In this document: piece by piece, positions 47,625-58,163 of the stretch
How the letters are laid out: each line of letters starts with the position of its first letter
Numbering within the stretch: position 1 is the stretch's first letter
DNA from: a virus
Direction: 5' to 3' (one strand)
DNA length: 64,000 bases
IMG/VR virus record: IMGVR_UViG_3300025789_001553
Span: 1-64,000 of that record
Notes under the pieces: model-generated
Seen by the model: only the letters and a program-made list of their open reading frames with translations
What the model was told of the DNA's origin: nothing
Database searches by the model: none
Program-made: the position numbers and the translations under genes

Positions 47625-47632
47625 TTATATAC

Positions 47633-48931
47633 TTATACTACCGGTGGTAATACCTTTTCGTAGCGATCACTCCAGCCTTTATCTTTACTGTGTGCATACA
47701 TAACAATTTTATATGGCTTATCTATGCTACGAAAACGTGCTAAGTGATCGGTTTTTGCAAAAGAAACATATTCTGGATCCTTTTCAGCAACAAAGTCGTG
47801 TCTGTATAGGTTTACACCACTTTGTGTTTCTATACCAAATGTAACGAAATCGATTACGTTCTCTTCTTTAAACTTTGCAAAGAAATCTGATTCCCAGTTG
47901 CAAGTAAACACCCGCTCTTTACTAATAAATTGTTCTTCATAGTTTGTAGGGTTTGGTGGTTCTTGTACTTTTAAAGTATAGTCTTGTATACGACAGTTTT
48001 TAAAATCAAAACCACCATATATTTCGTATTCTCGTAGTGTACGTACATTACCTAAACCGTACTTACCTAAATCAATACCATGCTCTTCTTGACCGAAGAT
48101 TTGACGTGTTTTATTACGTGCATATATATCTCTTTCCCCGGATGTTTTACCGGTATGTTTTTCAGTACCATGATCATCCCAGTGCTTTACGCGGTAGTTA
48201 CGTGTGTATTCGTGCCAAATGTATTGACGGTATGGACTAAAGAAATCATATCCCGAAGTCCAAGCTCTTACACTCATAGTGGTTTCTTCTGTATAACCAC
48301 CAAAATAAATGTCTGGATCATAAGATACTTCTTCAATAAATTTACCTTGCGCTAAAAAGAAATGACCACTAATTGTGCGAGCTTTAATAACTTTATTTCT
48401 TTGTTGATAGTCTCCAATGTAATATGGCATACTCATTAGTAGTTTATCACTACTAAACTCATACTGAGACATTAAACAAGGGCCGAAATCAGTGATAGGT
48501 TTATCCGGATTAAATGGTGTGCAATAAGTTGAAATAACTGGCTTCTTGCTCATTGTTAATGCTTGTGCGTAATCTTCTAACAACATTTTATCCCAATCTT
48601 GAGCAAAACGATGGTGAGAGTCTAACTGTAGTGTTAGTTCTTCACCGTCATATAATGAGTTGGTTAAATTACGTGCCCAACCTAAACCTTCACTTTCTGT
48701 ATAAGGTTTTTTAATCACTCTAAAGTTTTCCTTACCGTCATAGACACTTGTATCTTCATCCGGGCCGTACTGCCAACAGATACCAAAAGAGAATTGCGAC
48801 GGATCAGCAGCTTTCTCTAACATGTCAGTTATAGTAGGAACCAACTGAGGATCTCTATAAGCAGCAAATTGTACGAAAATACGCGGTTTGTTTTTCTTTT
48901 TTGTGGTGCGTGTAGTAGTCTTTTTAGCCAT
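47633..48931 (-). CDS. GT60-like (Skp1/Gnt1-type) GlcNAc transferase
   Basis: IFVQFAAYRDP, GLGWARN, LQLDSHHRF..WD, SGHFF, EET..SVRAWTSGYD. Confidence 0.8.
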   Translation of the reverse strand: MAKKTTTRTTKKKNKPRIFVQFAAYRDPQLVPTITDMLEKAADPSQFSFGICWQYGPDEDTSVYDGKENFRVIKKPYTESEGLGWARNLTNSLYDGEELTLQLDSHHRFAQDWDKMLLEDYAQALTMSKKPVISTYCTPFNPDKPITDFGPCLMSQYEFSSDKLLMSMPYYIGDYQQRNKVIKARTISGHFFLAQGKFIEEVSYDPDIYFGGYTEETTMSVRAWTSGYDFFSPYRQYIWHEYTRNYRVKHWDDHGTEKHTGKTSGERDIYARNKTRQIFGQEEHGIDLGKYGLGNVRTLREYEIYGGFDFKNCRIQDYTLKVQEPPNPTNYEEQFISKERVFTCNWESDFFAKFKEENVIDFVTFGIETQSGVNLYRHDFVAEKDPEYVSFAKTDHLARFRSIDKPYKIVMYAHSKDKGWSDRYEKVLPPVV

Positions 48932-48939
48932 AAAAGTAA

Positions 48940-50052
48940 TTACGAGTTGTTAACAGTATTACCACTGTTTTCTTTTTCAAAGTCATGTAGGGCAGCTGCT
49001 ATAACTTGGTGCATATCATAGTATTTGTATTCTGCTAATCTACCACCAAATAATACATTTGGAAGTGTTTTAGTAAGCTCTTTGTATTGATTATATATTT
49101 TAGTATTTTTCTCGTTGTTAATTGGATAATATGGGGTTAAACCACGTTTCCAATCTTCTGGATACTCTCTTGTAATTAGAGTAAACGGCACATTTACTGG
49201 ATCAAAGTGCTTATGTTCAATGATACGAGTGTATGGTACATCGGCAGCTGTATAATTAATTAATGCATTCCCTTGGTAATCTTTAACAGGAACTACTTCA
49301 TGTTCAAAGCTTGTAGTTCTATAATCCAAGTCTCCAAATTGATAGTTAAAATATGCATCAATAGGCCCTGTGTACAATACTTTTTTAGCAATTTTATCCC
49401 AATTGCTCTTATCTGCTAAATAGTCAGTATTGAGTTTTACTTCAATACCAGCAAGCATTTTTTCTATAATTTGAGTATAACCACCAATCGGTATACCTTG
49501 GTATGTATCAAAATAATAATTATCGTCGAAATTTGTTCTTATTGGAATACGTTTAATAATAAACGTTGGTAACTCTTTAGGATCGGCTTTCCATTGCTTT
49601 TGAGTGTACCCTTTAATAAACGTTTCGTATAGTTCTGTACCTATTTCATTAAGGCACCATTCTTCTAAATTTTGCGGGTTATCTATTTTTACTTTACTTG
49701 CAAGTAATTTATCAATTGCTTCTTGTGGTGTTTTAACACCCCATAACTGATATAACGTTAACAGATTAATTGGAAACGAATAAAGTGTATCTTTATAATA
49801 TACTTTCGGCCTATTAACAAAATTATTAAATGTTGCAAACTGGTTTACATAATCCCAGATTTTTTTATTAGATGTATGAAATATGTGAGGCCCGTATTCG
49901 TGTACATTAATACCGTTAATATTTTTGGTATATATGTTACCACCTATATGCTCTTTCTTCTCAAGCACTAAGCATTTTTTTCCTGCTTTAGTAGCTTCAT
50001 ATGCAAACACAGAACCATATAGACCCGAACCAACTATAAGATAATCGTACAT
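48940..50052 (-). CDS. glf: UDP-galactopyranose mutase
   Basis: IVGSGLYG, HIGGN, YGPHIFHT, GYTQKQW, YTRIIEHKHF, PYYP, GRLAEYKYYDMHQ. Confidence 0.96.
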   Translation of the reverse strand: MYDYLIVGSGLYGSVFAYEATKAGKKCLVLEKKEHIGGNIYTKNINGINVHEYGPHIFHTSNKKIWDYVNQFATFNNFVNRPKVYYKDTLYSFPINLLTLYQLWGVKTPQEAIDKLLASKVKIDNPQNLEEWCLNEIGTELYETFIKGYTQKQWKADPKELPTFIIKRIPIRTNFDDNYYFDTYQGIPIGGYTQIIEKMLAGIEVKLNTDYLADKSNWDKIAKKVLYTGPIDAYFNYQFGDLDYRTTSFEHEVVPVKDYQGNALINYTAADVPYTRIIEHKHFDPVNVPFTLITREYPEDWKRGLTPYYPINNEKNTKIYNQYKELTKTLPNVLFGGRLAEYKYYDMHQVIAAALHDFEKENSGNTVNNS

Positions 50053-50061
50053 GTTAGTATT

Positions 50062-50089
50062 ATTATATAATAATACCGTAATTATTCAA
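50062..50089 (-). promoter_or_regulatory. sigma70-like promoter for the glf-GT operon
   Basis: TTGAAT-N16-TATAAT, 9 nt before the glf ATG. Confidence 0.6.
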
Positions 50090-50090
50090 C

Positions 50091-52046
50091 TCAAGCTGCA
50101 GGGCCGTTTGGATCTTGATTAAGGTTACCACCAGCTGAATTCCAATGATTGGATGGAGTAGTTGCAGATACTGCAGTGTTTGGCCCGTTCACTAATGATG
50201 CATTTGTTTGTAATGTAGTAGGATCAGCAACCAGTGTTAGTGGTATGTTTTTAAAGTAATGGGTATGAGACTGGTTAATAACTAAACGTATAGTATCGCC
50301 ATACTGTACATTACCACCTGTACCACCACCTGGTTTAAATATTTGTGCTCCGTTATCAGTTATTTTTGTAGATTCGGTAACTTGAAATTCTACAGGTGCT
50401 GTAACATGCTGCAAGTAAGTTTCACCTTTAATATATGTACCGCCCCCTACAACCACATTTTGACTTACACCCAGATTGTCATCAATAACTACTTGTTGAC
50501 GGTTACGTGTTCTTAAAGTCATTAAATTAGCTATTACAGAAAGATTAGTACCACCATCAATATTAGTATCATCTGATGATGCTATATTAATCTGTTTACC
50601 AGCAATTGCCATTATAGTACCACCCAAATTAACCGGGCCAGTAGTTTTAATATCTATACCACCAGAGCCCACTAATAAACTATATCTATTACCAGCGGTT
50701 ACTGTATAGTTACCACCAGGCATATCGTCGATGTGTGTATACTCTATAGCGGGTATTGTAGTGGCTGATAACCCCGTATTATTAAAATATTCCGTTACAG
50801 TTTTGTTTGTAGCATTATACCTGGTGCTATTAAATTTGTTAAACACTAAGCCGACGTTAACCAATTTGTGCTTGGTAATTGTCTCTATATAATTACCACC
50901 CTCCCCGAGTTCAGCTTCTGCTACAGCCATTATAGGGGTTTGTGTTGCTACTATATTCGTTAAATCTCCAGATTTACTACCTTCGTTTTGTGTTAAATAA
51001 TCGGCTACAGGAGCATAAGCACCTAACCAATCGTTCATAGCAGATTGCTTTAAACTACCCGCTTTAAGGTAAAAATTACCTTGTATATTATTATCAAAGT
51101 CTCTACCCACAAATAAATTATTATGCCCGTATACAGTTTCAAATTTATCTTTTAATGTAAGATACTGTACATTTTTAGGGCTAAATAAGGAATTGTATTT
51201 GTTATTAAACTCTAAGAAACCACCAGCAAAGTGTGTAACTTTAAATGACTCTCTATCTGTAGTGTTTATAATTTCTATAGCAGCACCGCGTTGATTGATA
51301 ACCATTTTATTACGGTAGGTCTGGGTGTTAAAGTCTTCTACATTTCTTATATTTTTACCGTTGCTTTCAAAAGTTTGCGGGTAGTCTTGATATGTACCGT
51401 CATCAGATTGAAATATACTTGCAAAATCGTCCTGCCCTAAAGACGTACCCATGTATACAGGGTAGGTTGGCATACCGTCTCTAAAAAATACCCAAACCTG
51501 TGCACCTACCTTTGGTACAGCAAAAACACCTTTAGCTGCGTTAGAGTAGGTAGAAGGTCGATACTGAGTACCGGTCGGGTTTACTTTACTTGTGTTATTT
51601 GTAGCTGTATCTGTAAAAGCATCTGTAACTCTAAAATTGTATTTTTCGTATACAAAACCAGGCTTTTCGCCCATTTGTTCTGTATTTAAATTAAATTGAG
51701 TATACGAGTTCGAAAAATTTGTACCAGATAAACTATAAGGAAATTCTGCGTCTGATACAGTCGACTTGTCTCTAAAAGCATTATAAGTACCTGAAGCGTT
51801 TTCTCCCATTATTGGGCTACATTGTTCTGCCCAAGGTAAAGAGTCTTTTAATTCATTTATAATTAAACTTAAATCTGAATTTATATTAATACCAGGAAAC
51901 TTAAAGTTGCGGTCCTGCTTTAAAGCAGCCCACTTATTGTAAACATTTGCATTTACATGAGGTACCCACACCTTGACTCTGCCTCTGTATTCAGGGTCAT
52001 TATTTTGTACTACTATACCAAGATATGTTGAAGAAAAGTTTTTCAT
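50091..52046 (-). CDS. baseplate central spike (gp5/VgrG-like)
   Basis: YLGIVVQNNDP...GRVKVWVP, P.VGAQVWVFF..G...YPVYMG OB-fold; beta-repeat C-terminal half; HTH near the C-terminus. Confidence 0.82.
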   Translation of the reverse strand: MKNFSSTYLGIVVQNNDPEYRGRVKVWVPHVNANVYNKWAALKQDRNFKFPGININSDLSLIINELKDSLPWAEQCSPIMGENASGTYNAFRDKSTVSDAEFPYSLSGTNFSNSYTQFNLNTEQMGEKPGFVYEKYNFRVTDAFTDTATNNTSKVNPTGTQYRPSTYSNAAKGVFAVPKVGAQVWVFFRDGMPTYPVYMGTSLGQDDFASIFQSDDGTYQDYPQTFESNGKNIRNVEDFNTQTYRNKMVINQRGAAIEIINTTDRESFKVTHFAGGFLEFNNKYNSLFSPKNVQYLTLKDKFETVYGHNNLFVGRDFDNNIQGNFYLKAGSLKQSAMNDWLGAYAPVADYLTQNEGSKSGDLTNIVATQTPIMAVAEAELGEGGNYIETITKHKLVNVGLVFNKFNSTRYNATNKTVTEYFNNTGLSATTIPAIEYTHIDDMPGGNYTVTAGNRYSLLVGSGGIDIKTTGPVNLGGTIMAIAGKQINIASSDDTNIDGGTNLSVIANLMTLRTRNRQQVVIDDNLGVSQNVVVGGGTYIKGETYLQHVTAPVEFQVTESTKITDNGAQIFKPGGGTGGNVQYGDTIRLVINQSHTHYFKNIPLTLVADPTTLQTNASLVNGPNTAVSATTPSNHWNSAGGNLNQDPNGPAA

Positions 52047-52858
52047 TACGCGCTTAATGTAATTGTAGTAAGTTGTACTTGATTGCCGATAGTAGTGTTA
52101 GTTATATCGACTGTTATTGTTGTATCCCCAATAGATGTTGTATCTTCATATTGTATTTGAGTTGACCAATAGTATGGTACCATAAGATTACCTACTATTA
52201 TATTATTGAAAGGTAAAAACGGACTTAAAACCGGGTATGTACTGTTTATAACAGTTTGTATGGTACTATTAGAAACAATTCTTCTATTCAAATCCGTATC
52301 AGCCATTATTAGATTACCGTTATTAGGGTTTGTATCTGTACCTGTTGGACCTATGTTAGCTATATTTGCTATAAAAATGTTGTTAGCTACTGTGTAAAAA
52401 CTCTGTATTGCCCTGGATATTCCTGTAGGTAACAAGTTATCTATAATAGTATTATAAGGTACTGTACGAGTATTATTTAAGTTATTAGTATAGGATATAT
52501 AATACAAGCTACCAACTGATTCGGAAAACTTTTGATAGTAAGAAGGATATTGTATAGTTATAGCACTTAGCACCAAACTATTAGAGTAATACATTGCTTC
52601 ATCCCACCAATACTTGCCCCACAATAGCGGTAAACTATCAATAGTTGTACCACTTAAAGAAAATGAAAGATTAGTGACATCACTCCCGGCTAACTGAGCA
52701 AAAAAATCAATTTGAGAACCTATAGGGTTAGATGAGTACTGAGCTATATAATAACTCTGTGCTACATTTAGTTGAGTAGCAAAATCAGGTACCGTATACC
52801 CATTCCAATAAAATGTGGTATTATATAGATCAAATGTCTTTACAACTGATGTTGCCAT
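52046..52858 (-). CDS. hypothetical virion protein
   Basis: 270 aa in the baseplate cluster; TAAGTA at 52865-52870. Confidence 0.55.
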   Translation of the reverse strand: MATSVVKTFDLYNTTFYWNGYTVPDFATQLNVAQSYYIAQYSSNPIGSQIDFFAQLAGSDVTNLSFSLSGTTIDSLPLLWGKYWWDEAMYYSNSLVLSAITIQYPSYYQKFSESVGSLYYISYTNNLNNTRTVPYNTIIDNLLPTGISRAIQSFYTVANNIFIANIANIGPTGTDTNPNNGNLIMADTDLNRRIVSNSTIQTVINSTYPVLSPFLPFNNIIVGNLMVPYYWSTQIQYEDTTSIGDTTITVDITNTTIGNQVQLTTITLSA

Positions 52859-52886
52859 TTATTATACTTACCCCTGGTTATAAGTG

Positions 52887-54416
52887 TTACAACACATCGT
52901 CCGGAATACGTGTGTTTTTATCCGCGTGTGGTTTAACTGCAGTAATTGCATTTATATAACCGGTTTGCGTAAACCGGTGCTCAACCTTAACTATGTACCA
53001 TTGACCTAAAAACTTTTCGTCGAAATCTGAATCAATAGAACCTATTTGACGGTCTAATCCTATAAACCGGTTACATTTACGCAATGTAGTGCCTGGTGCT
53101 GTAAAGTGTAAACATTGATTTAAAAAGAAACCGGATTTAAGTATAGCGTTTCGAGCTTCCGGGTAACGTTCCAGTTTTGTACTACCATACGAATACGGTA
53201 CTTTAGACACAGCTATTTCAGTCTTATTTTTGTTTAACGAAAGCAATGCTGTAGGGTTTTGATAATTTGAAAACTTTTTTACATAGTTATCTTGAAAGTA
53301 ATTTTTTATACTATCAACAGTATTATCCGCAAAATCTATACTAAACTCTTTATCTTTTATACTATTACTTGCACAAGGCATATTAATAAACATAAACGCA
53401 TTATCTAATGCTGCCATATCTACAAACTGATAGTTATTAACTGTACTCGTGCCACCTAAGTTTAAATTTAAATAATTTGTTGACGATTGAGGGGTTTTAA
53501 GTATTGAAGGTATTATAACACCTGTTTGTGTAGAAGATGTTAAAAAGAATTGCTCTGCTTGAAGCGGTCCAGCCTCACTACTATTAGTTACTGCTAAAGA
53601 AAGCTCTGTGGCTAATGAAGTTAAAGTCCACTCTTTTGTATAGCGGTTTCTATATAATAATGGAACATCTCCATTAATTTGCCCATACTTTTTACTTGCA
53701 ACATGTCTATTAAAAAGATACTCTAAATCATCAATAGCGCTATTATTTGAGGGTGGGTGATAAAATATCTTACTTGCGCCAGGATCCCATTGAGAGTTAA
53801 AAGTTTGTACTTTACTTTTAGCGTTTAATGTATTCTCAATTAAACTTTTTATTGCTAAACCTGTAGGTACTTTTCGGTTATCATCCGAAAGCACACTCGA
53901 TTTACCTTTTAAAGAAGGATATAAATCATACAGCGCTTTGTTAGTATTCCAGTTAATTGAATTAGTTTCTGCAAAAAGTTGATAATCGTATTCCCAAAAA
54001 TAAAGTTTTATATTCTTATCACTTGGCTGTACGCCTGGTATATCTTCAACATCATACACTGAAAACAAATAATTTAATTCCCAACCCTCTGAAGGAAATA
54101 TGTCTGTTTTTATATAATTTGTATCTAAAACTGGTTTAATGTTAATTAACAATAAATCTCTACCGTCGTTACGGAATTTATAATTTGCAGTAGAAGACAT
54201 AAACTCATTAGGTCTTCTTTCTATAATATTTTCTTTGTTGTTAATAATAAGATACCCACGTTTAAACCACTCGCGTGAGTCTTCCTCTATAGACAATGTA
54301 ACTAAAGCAGCAGTATTAATACCAAAGAGATTACTCTTACAATCATACAACGCCATACCAAACTCATAGGTTTGGTCATTAAGACGTATCCTTGTTGTTT
54401 GTGGTGCTTCAGTCAT
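52887..54416 (-). CDS. baseplate hub protein (gp27-like)
   Basis: C-terminal GQWYIVKVEHRF...Y.N.I.AVK motif; synteny. Confidence 0.65.
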   Translation of the reverse strand: MTEAPQTTRIRLNDQTYEFGMALYDCKSNLFGINTAALVTLSIEEDSREWFKRGYLIINNKENIIERRPNEFMSSTANYKFRNDGRDLLLINIKPVLDTNYIKTDIFPSEGWELNYLFSVYDVEDIPGVQPSDKNIKLYFWEYDYQLFAETNSINWNTNKALYDLYPSLKGKSSVLSDDNRKVPTGLAIKSLIENTLNAKSKVQTFNSQWDPGASKIFYHPPSNNSAIDDLEYLFNRHVASKKYGQINGDVPLLYRNRYTKEWTLTSLATELSLAVTNSSEAGPLQAEQFFLTSSTQTGVIIPSILKTPQSSTNYLNLNLGGTSTVNNYQFVDMAALDNAFMFINMPCASNSIKDKEFSIDFADNTVDSIKNYFQDNYVKKFSNYQNPTALLSLNKNKTEIAVSKVPYSYGSTKLERYPEARNAILKSGFFLNQCLHFTAPGTTLRKCNRFIGLDRQIGSIDSDFDEKFLGQWYIVKVEHRFTQTGYINAITAVKPHADKNTRIPDDVL

Positions 54417-54417
54417 G

Positions 54418-54792
54418 TTACGTGTTTGTAGTAGTATTTAACTGAGCAAGTATTTGCCTTACATACTGAGGTGTTAAGTATTTTAACTGTGTACCCGCTT
54501 GTGGAAAAAATACCGGGTTTTGTATATTGTTAACAGAGCAAATTAACCACCATAATAGCGTAGTGCCATATAAATTATATGAAATTAATGTATACGACAT
54601 TTCCCCATGAGGTACTGTATATACGTTATAGTATGACGGATCAAGATTGGCCGGAAAATTTGTTTTAGCTAAAATATTGTAAAAATAATCACTATTATCG
54701 TTTTGGTAAACGTTAAAAATATTTTCGTACCTAAAACTTTCAAGAGAAGGTAGTACGTTTATATTGTTCTGATTTGAAGGTGTTTGGTTCAT
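54418..54792 (-). CDS. baseplate wedge protein (gp53/LysM-like)
   Basis: ISYNLYGTTLLWWLICSVNNIQNP. Confidence 0.8.
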   Translation of the reverse strand: MNQTPSNQNNINVLPSLESFRYENIFNVYQNDNSDYFYNILAKTNFPANLDPSYYNVYTVPHGEMSYTLISYNLYGTTLLWWLICSVNNIQNPVFFPQAGTQLKYLTPQYVRQILAQLNTTTNT

Positions 54793-54794
54793 AT

Positions 54795-56207
54795 TTAACT
54801 TTCAGAAGTAGTAATGTTTATATTATTACTTGGATCTGCATTTGATAAAAATGTATTACGTGTGTTGAGCAGTACACTCGAAAAAATCAGACTTACTTTA
54901 TACGCTTCAGGTATCATTTTAATATAGGGGTCGTTACTTGCAGTTCCCGCTACTTCACCGGTCTTAACATTTATATATCTTACATTACCTACATTTTCAA
55001 TATTAATGCCGCTTAAATATGCTAAAGGTATGTTTTTATAGCCAGGTATATCAATACCATATAAGCATGGTGCATCTAAGAAATTAATGCCTTTTCTATT
55101 AGGTAAATTTTGATATGTTATAAGATAGCAAAACTCCCAGTTTTTTTGTATTTGAGTTACATCATCACCATGATCTATAGTGTTATATAGATAAAATTGT
55201 ACCTGTACATCTTCTCTTCCAGATGCGCCGTTAAATGCATATAACTCTTCTTTTTTAAGGGTGCCTGCTTGAGTGCCTATTATAGATTGTGCTAAGCCTC
55301 GAGTTATATTTGTTGCACCGGTTAATACACCTATACCTTTTCCAATAGGGGACTTTTTAGCTTTATCTTCAAGCTGTGCGCTTCCACTTTCTCCTGACAC
55401 GCTTTCTTCAGTAAGCGCATCGATAATTTGCCCCACACCACTGGCAGTTTTTTGTAAACCTTTTAGTATATCTCCATTACTACTACCCCAACTGTTTCCA
55501 ACCTTCACCATATTTGCATTGGTGTAGTAAGGTAAAGCATATGTGAACCCGGTTTTTGCTACAGCATACAAACCTTGATAGGGTGCAAATGCAGTAGTTA
55601 AATTGTACGGAATCTTTTTCGTGGGGTCTGTTTTCGCAGAATCCAACCCTGCAGTATCTGGTAAAGTTACAGCTTTACCGGCTGCACTATTACCAAACAG
55701 AGAGTTAGTAAAATTTTTTAACTGTGTAACGCCGATATTACCGGCTACTGCAATATTATTAATCTCACCACGAAGGCTATACAAATAACCGCGTAACTCG
55801 CTTGATTGAGTTTGTTTATATTCTGTTAAAATAACTTTAGGGATATGCTTTCTACCTTCTCGTTTTGTTAGTGTCCAATCGAAATCATCAAATACGTTTA
55901 TAACAGACTGTATAGTATTATTACCACTACCGGTTGAGTTACTACCAGTCTTACTGTTATTATTAGTAGCTGGTTTTAGTACTGGTGCACCTAACTCATC
56001 ATCAGGAGCTCCCCACGTAAACAACAATGGTTCATAATTAGGTTTCTGGCTTCCTGTAGGTGGTGGTGGCTCGGGCTTAGCAACCGGGGTGTTTACCATA
56101 TTAACATTTGCATTGTACATTAAACCACCACCTATAATTGAACCACCGGTATTTACAGTGGGGTTAGTGTTTGTAGTATTGCTACCGCCTGGGTTGTAGA
56201 AAGCCAT
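54795..56207 (-). CDS. baseplate/tail-tube junction protein (gp48-like)
   Basis: F.LYNT...P..Y.I.IPG...AY...I.I...G...IPEAY.V.L.F pattern; synteny. Confidence 0.5.
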   Translation of the reverse strand: MAFYNPGGSNTTNTNPTVNTGGSIIGGGLMYNANVNMVNTPVAKPEPPPPTGSQKPNYEPLLFTWGAPDDELGAPVLKPATNNNSKTGSNSTGSGNNTIQSVINVFDDFDWTLTKREGRKHIPKVILTEYKQTQSSELRGYLYSLRGEINNIAVAGNIGVTQLKNFTNSLFGNSAAGKAVTLPDTAGLDSAKTDPTKKIPYNLTTAFAPYQGLYAVAKTGFTYALPYYTNANMVKVGNSWGSSNGDILKGLQKTASGVGQIIDALTEESVSGESGSAQLEDKAKKSPIGKGIGVLTGATNITRGLAQSIIGTQAGTLKKEELYAFNGASGREDVQVQFYLYNTIDHGDDVTQIQKNWEFCYLITYQNLPNRKGINFLDAPCLYGIDIPGYKNIPLAYLSGINIENVGNVRYINVKTGEVAGTASNDPYIKMIPEAYKVSLIFSSVLLNTRNTFLSNADPSNNINITTSES

Positions 56208-58129
56208 TATAGTAATCCTCTCGCGTAAATCATATTATGTCTATACTTACTACGCTCAATGTAAGGTATATCTCTACTTGAGTTTTCTACATTAGCCTCT
56301 ACGTTGTTTACATTAGAAGCATTATTAACAATAGTAGCTGTAGAGTTTTTAGATGAATTTATACTTTGCTGTGAAGCAGCTAATGGTTCAATAGAACTAA
56401 TTAACGTATCTATCTTTTTCATCAGCTTATCGATATTTTCAGTTTGTACTTTAATGACCGGTAATTCATTTATTTCTTTAGCTTCAGATGTATTAACAAC
56501 ATTACCTAATTTTGCAGCTTCGGTAACCGCTAATTTTGTAGATACTAAAGATACAGGCATTGCAGGTCCAGCATCTGTCGTTATAGAAGGTATATTGGCA
56601 CCTTGTACAGAGGTTTGATTGTTAGTAGCAGAAGCTCTTATAATAGGTGCTGTAACCGCTAAAGCGGCAGTAACAGCTAATAGCTTTATTAAATTAACAC
56701 TATTAATTGTATCAACGAACCTCTTTAATGGATCTAAATTTATACTTAAATCTCCAAAAGATGATAAACTTTGCTTAAATGCTGTAATACTATTAGTAAC
56801 TCTATCAATATTATCTGCCTGTTCCCCTATAGCTACTAATTGATCTAAAGGAGATTTTTGGCCTGATATTTTGCTAAATAACCCACCAACAAAATTACCT
56901 ATACCAGCTATAGCTGTACCTGCTCCGAACCCGGCTATAGCTAAACCAAGCGCCCCTATTGCTACACTTACTTCTAATATTTTTAAAGCAGAAATACCTG
57001 CTAATTCCTTTAATTGATTGGTAAACGTGGTTAGTGGTTTGCTTATTGCTGCCATACCCACACTTAAAGGCACTAATGCAACCCCAAGTACACCAAGTGC
57101 AATAGCCCCTGGTATAATAAATTCTGAAACCAATCCTAATACAGCAGCTACCGCACCTAAACCAAGCAATGCAACAAAGCCTTTTCCGATTGTTTCCCAA
57201 TTAAGTTCTGCAAATGTTTTAAGACCTTTACCTGCAAGCCATAACGCTCCCCCGAGAGCTGCCACTGCTGCAGCACCTACAATCATTTCTAAAGAAGAAC
57301 CAGCTAACAACTTAGATGCTCCAATTAAACCTATTAAAGCAACCGATCCTTTAGCGATTGATGTCCAATCTACTAAACCAAACTCTTGAAACCCTTTTGC
57401 AGCAGCATATAATGATACGCCTAATATACCTATAGTAACTGCTCCTTTCATAGCATCAGTATCACCGAGTTTTTTAAGACCGTCACTTAGCTTACCCAAC
57501 CCACTACCTATTGCACCCATTATACCAAGACCAGCTCCAGTATTAGCGGAAGCATTTGCAGTTGTTGGGGTACTGTTTACTGAAGTTGTAAATACTTTTT
57601 TAAGTGCTTCAAGTGCTTCTGGTTGTATTGTAGCCAGGCTTATTGGCTGTACTTGTACTTCTTTTAGTGCTGCTTCTTCTGCTGAAACACCACCACCAAC
57701 ACCCGCGCCTATCGCATTTGAAGATACGTTTTCTAATTTTTCTGATAAATTACCGAACAGTTCTTTTTGATCTCCATAAGACTTAGCATATCGTTCTTTA
57801 TGTTTTATTTCTTCTTGATTATATGCTTCACTGTTTTTATACTCTGTTTTGTCGTATTTTTTAATAACGTCAATTAGAGTTTTTTCTAAATTAGTTCCAA
57901 GCTTAGCACTTAATGAATTTAAAGCTTGTGTTTGTAATACCGATTGCTCTAATTGGTCTTTATTATTTAACTCCGCACTTTTAATCAATACATTAATTCG
58001 ATTGTTTAATACATTGGAATTTTTTTCCATTGCATCCAGCCACTTCTGTGGTATAGGGCCAGTTTCTTTAGGCCTTAATGCTGCCATTAAAGATGTAAGA
58101 AATCCCGGGTCGGCTGATTGATCTGCCAT
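56207..58129 (-). CDS. tape-measure-like protein
   Basis: Gly/Ala-rich amphipathic repeats with periodic W (VDWTSIAKG, LNWETIGKG); TAAGTA at 58137-58142. Confidence 0.65.
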   Translation of the reverse strand: MADQSADPGFLTSLMAALRPKETGPIPQKWLDAMEKNSNVLNNRINVLIKSAELNNKDQLEQSVLQTQALNSLSAKLGTNLEKTLIDVIKKYDKTEYKNSEAYNQEEIKHKERYAKSYGDQKELFGNLSEKLENVSSNAIGAGVGGGVSAEEAALKEVQVQPISLATIQPEALEALKKVFTTSVNSTPTTANASANTGAGLGIMGAIGSGLGKLSDGLKKLGDTDAMKGAVTIGILGVSLYAAAKGFQEFGLVDWTSIAKGSVALIGLIGASKLLAGSSLEMIVGAAAVAALGGALWLAGKGLKTFAELNWETIGKGFVALLGLGAVAAVLGLVSEFIIPGAIALGVLGVALVPLSVGMAAISKPLTTFTNQLKELAGISALKILEVSVAIGALGLAIAGFGAGTAIAGIGNFVGGLFSKISGQKSPLDQLVAIGEQADNIDRVTNSITAFKQSLSSFGDLSINLDPLKRFVDTINSVNLIKLLAVTAALAVTAPIIRASATNNQTSVQGANIPSITTDAGPAMPVSLVSTKLAVTEAAKLGNVVNTSEAKEINELPVIKVQTENIDKLMKKIDTLISSIEPLAASQQSINSSKNSTATIVNNASNVNNVEANVENSSRDIPYIERSKYRHNMIYARGLL

Positions 58130-58163
58130 ACTTAAATACTTAGGTACTGAAGTACCTTAAGGC

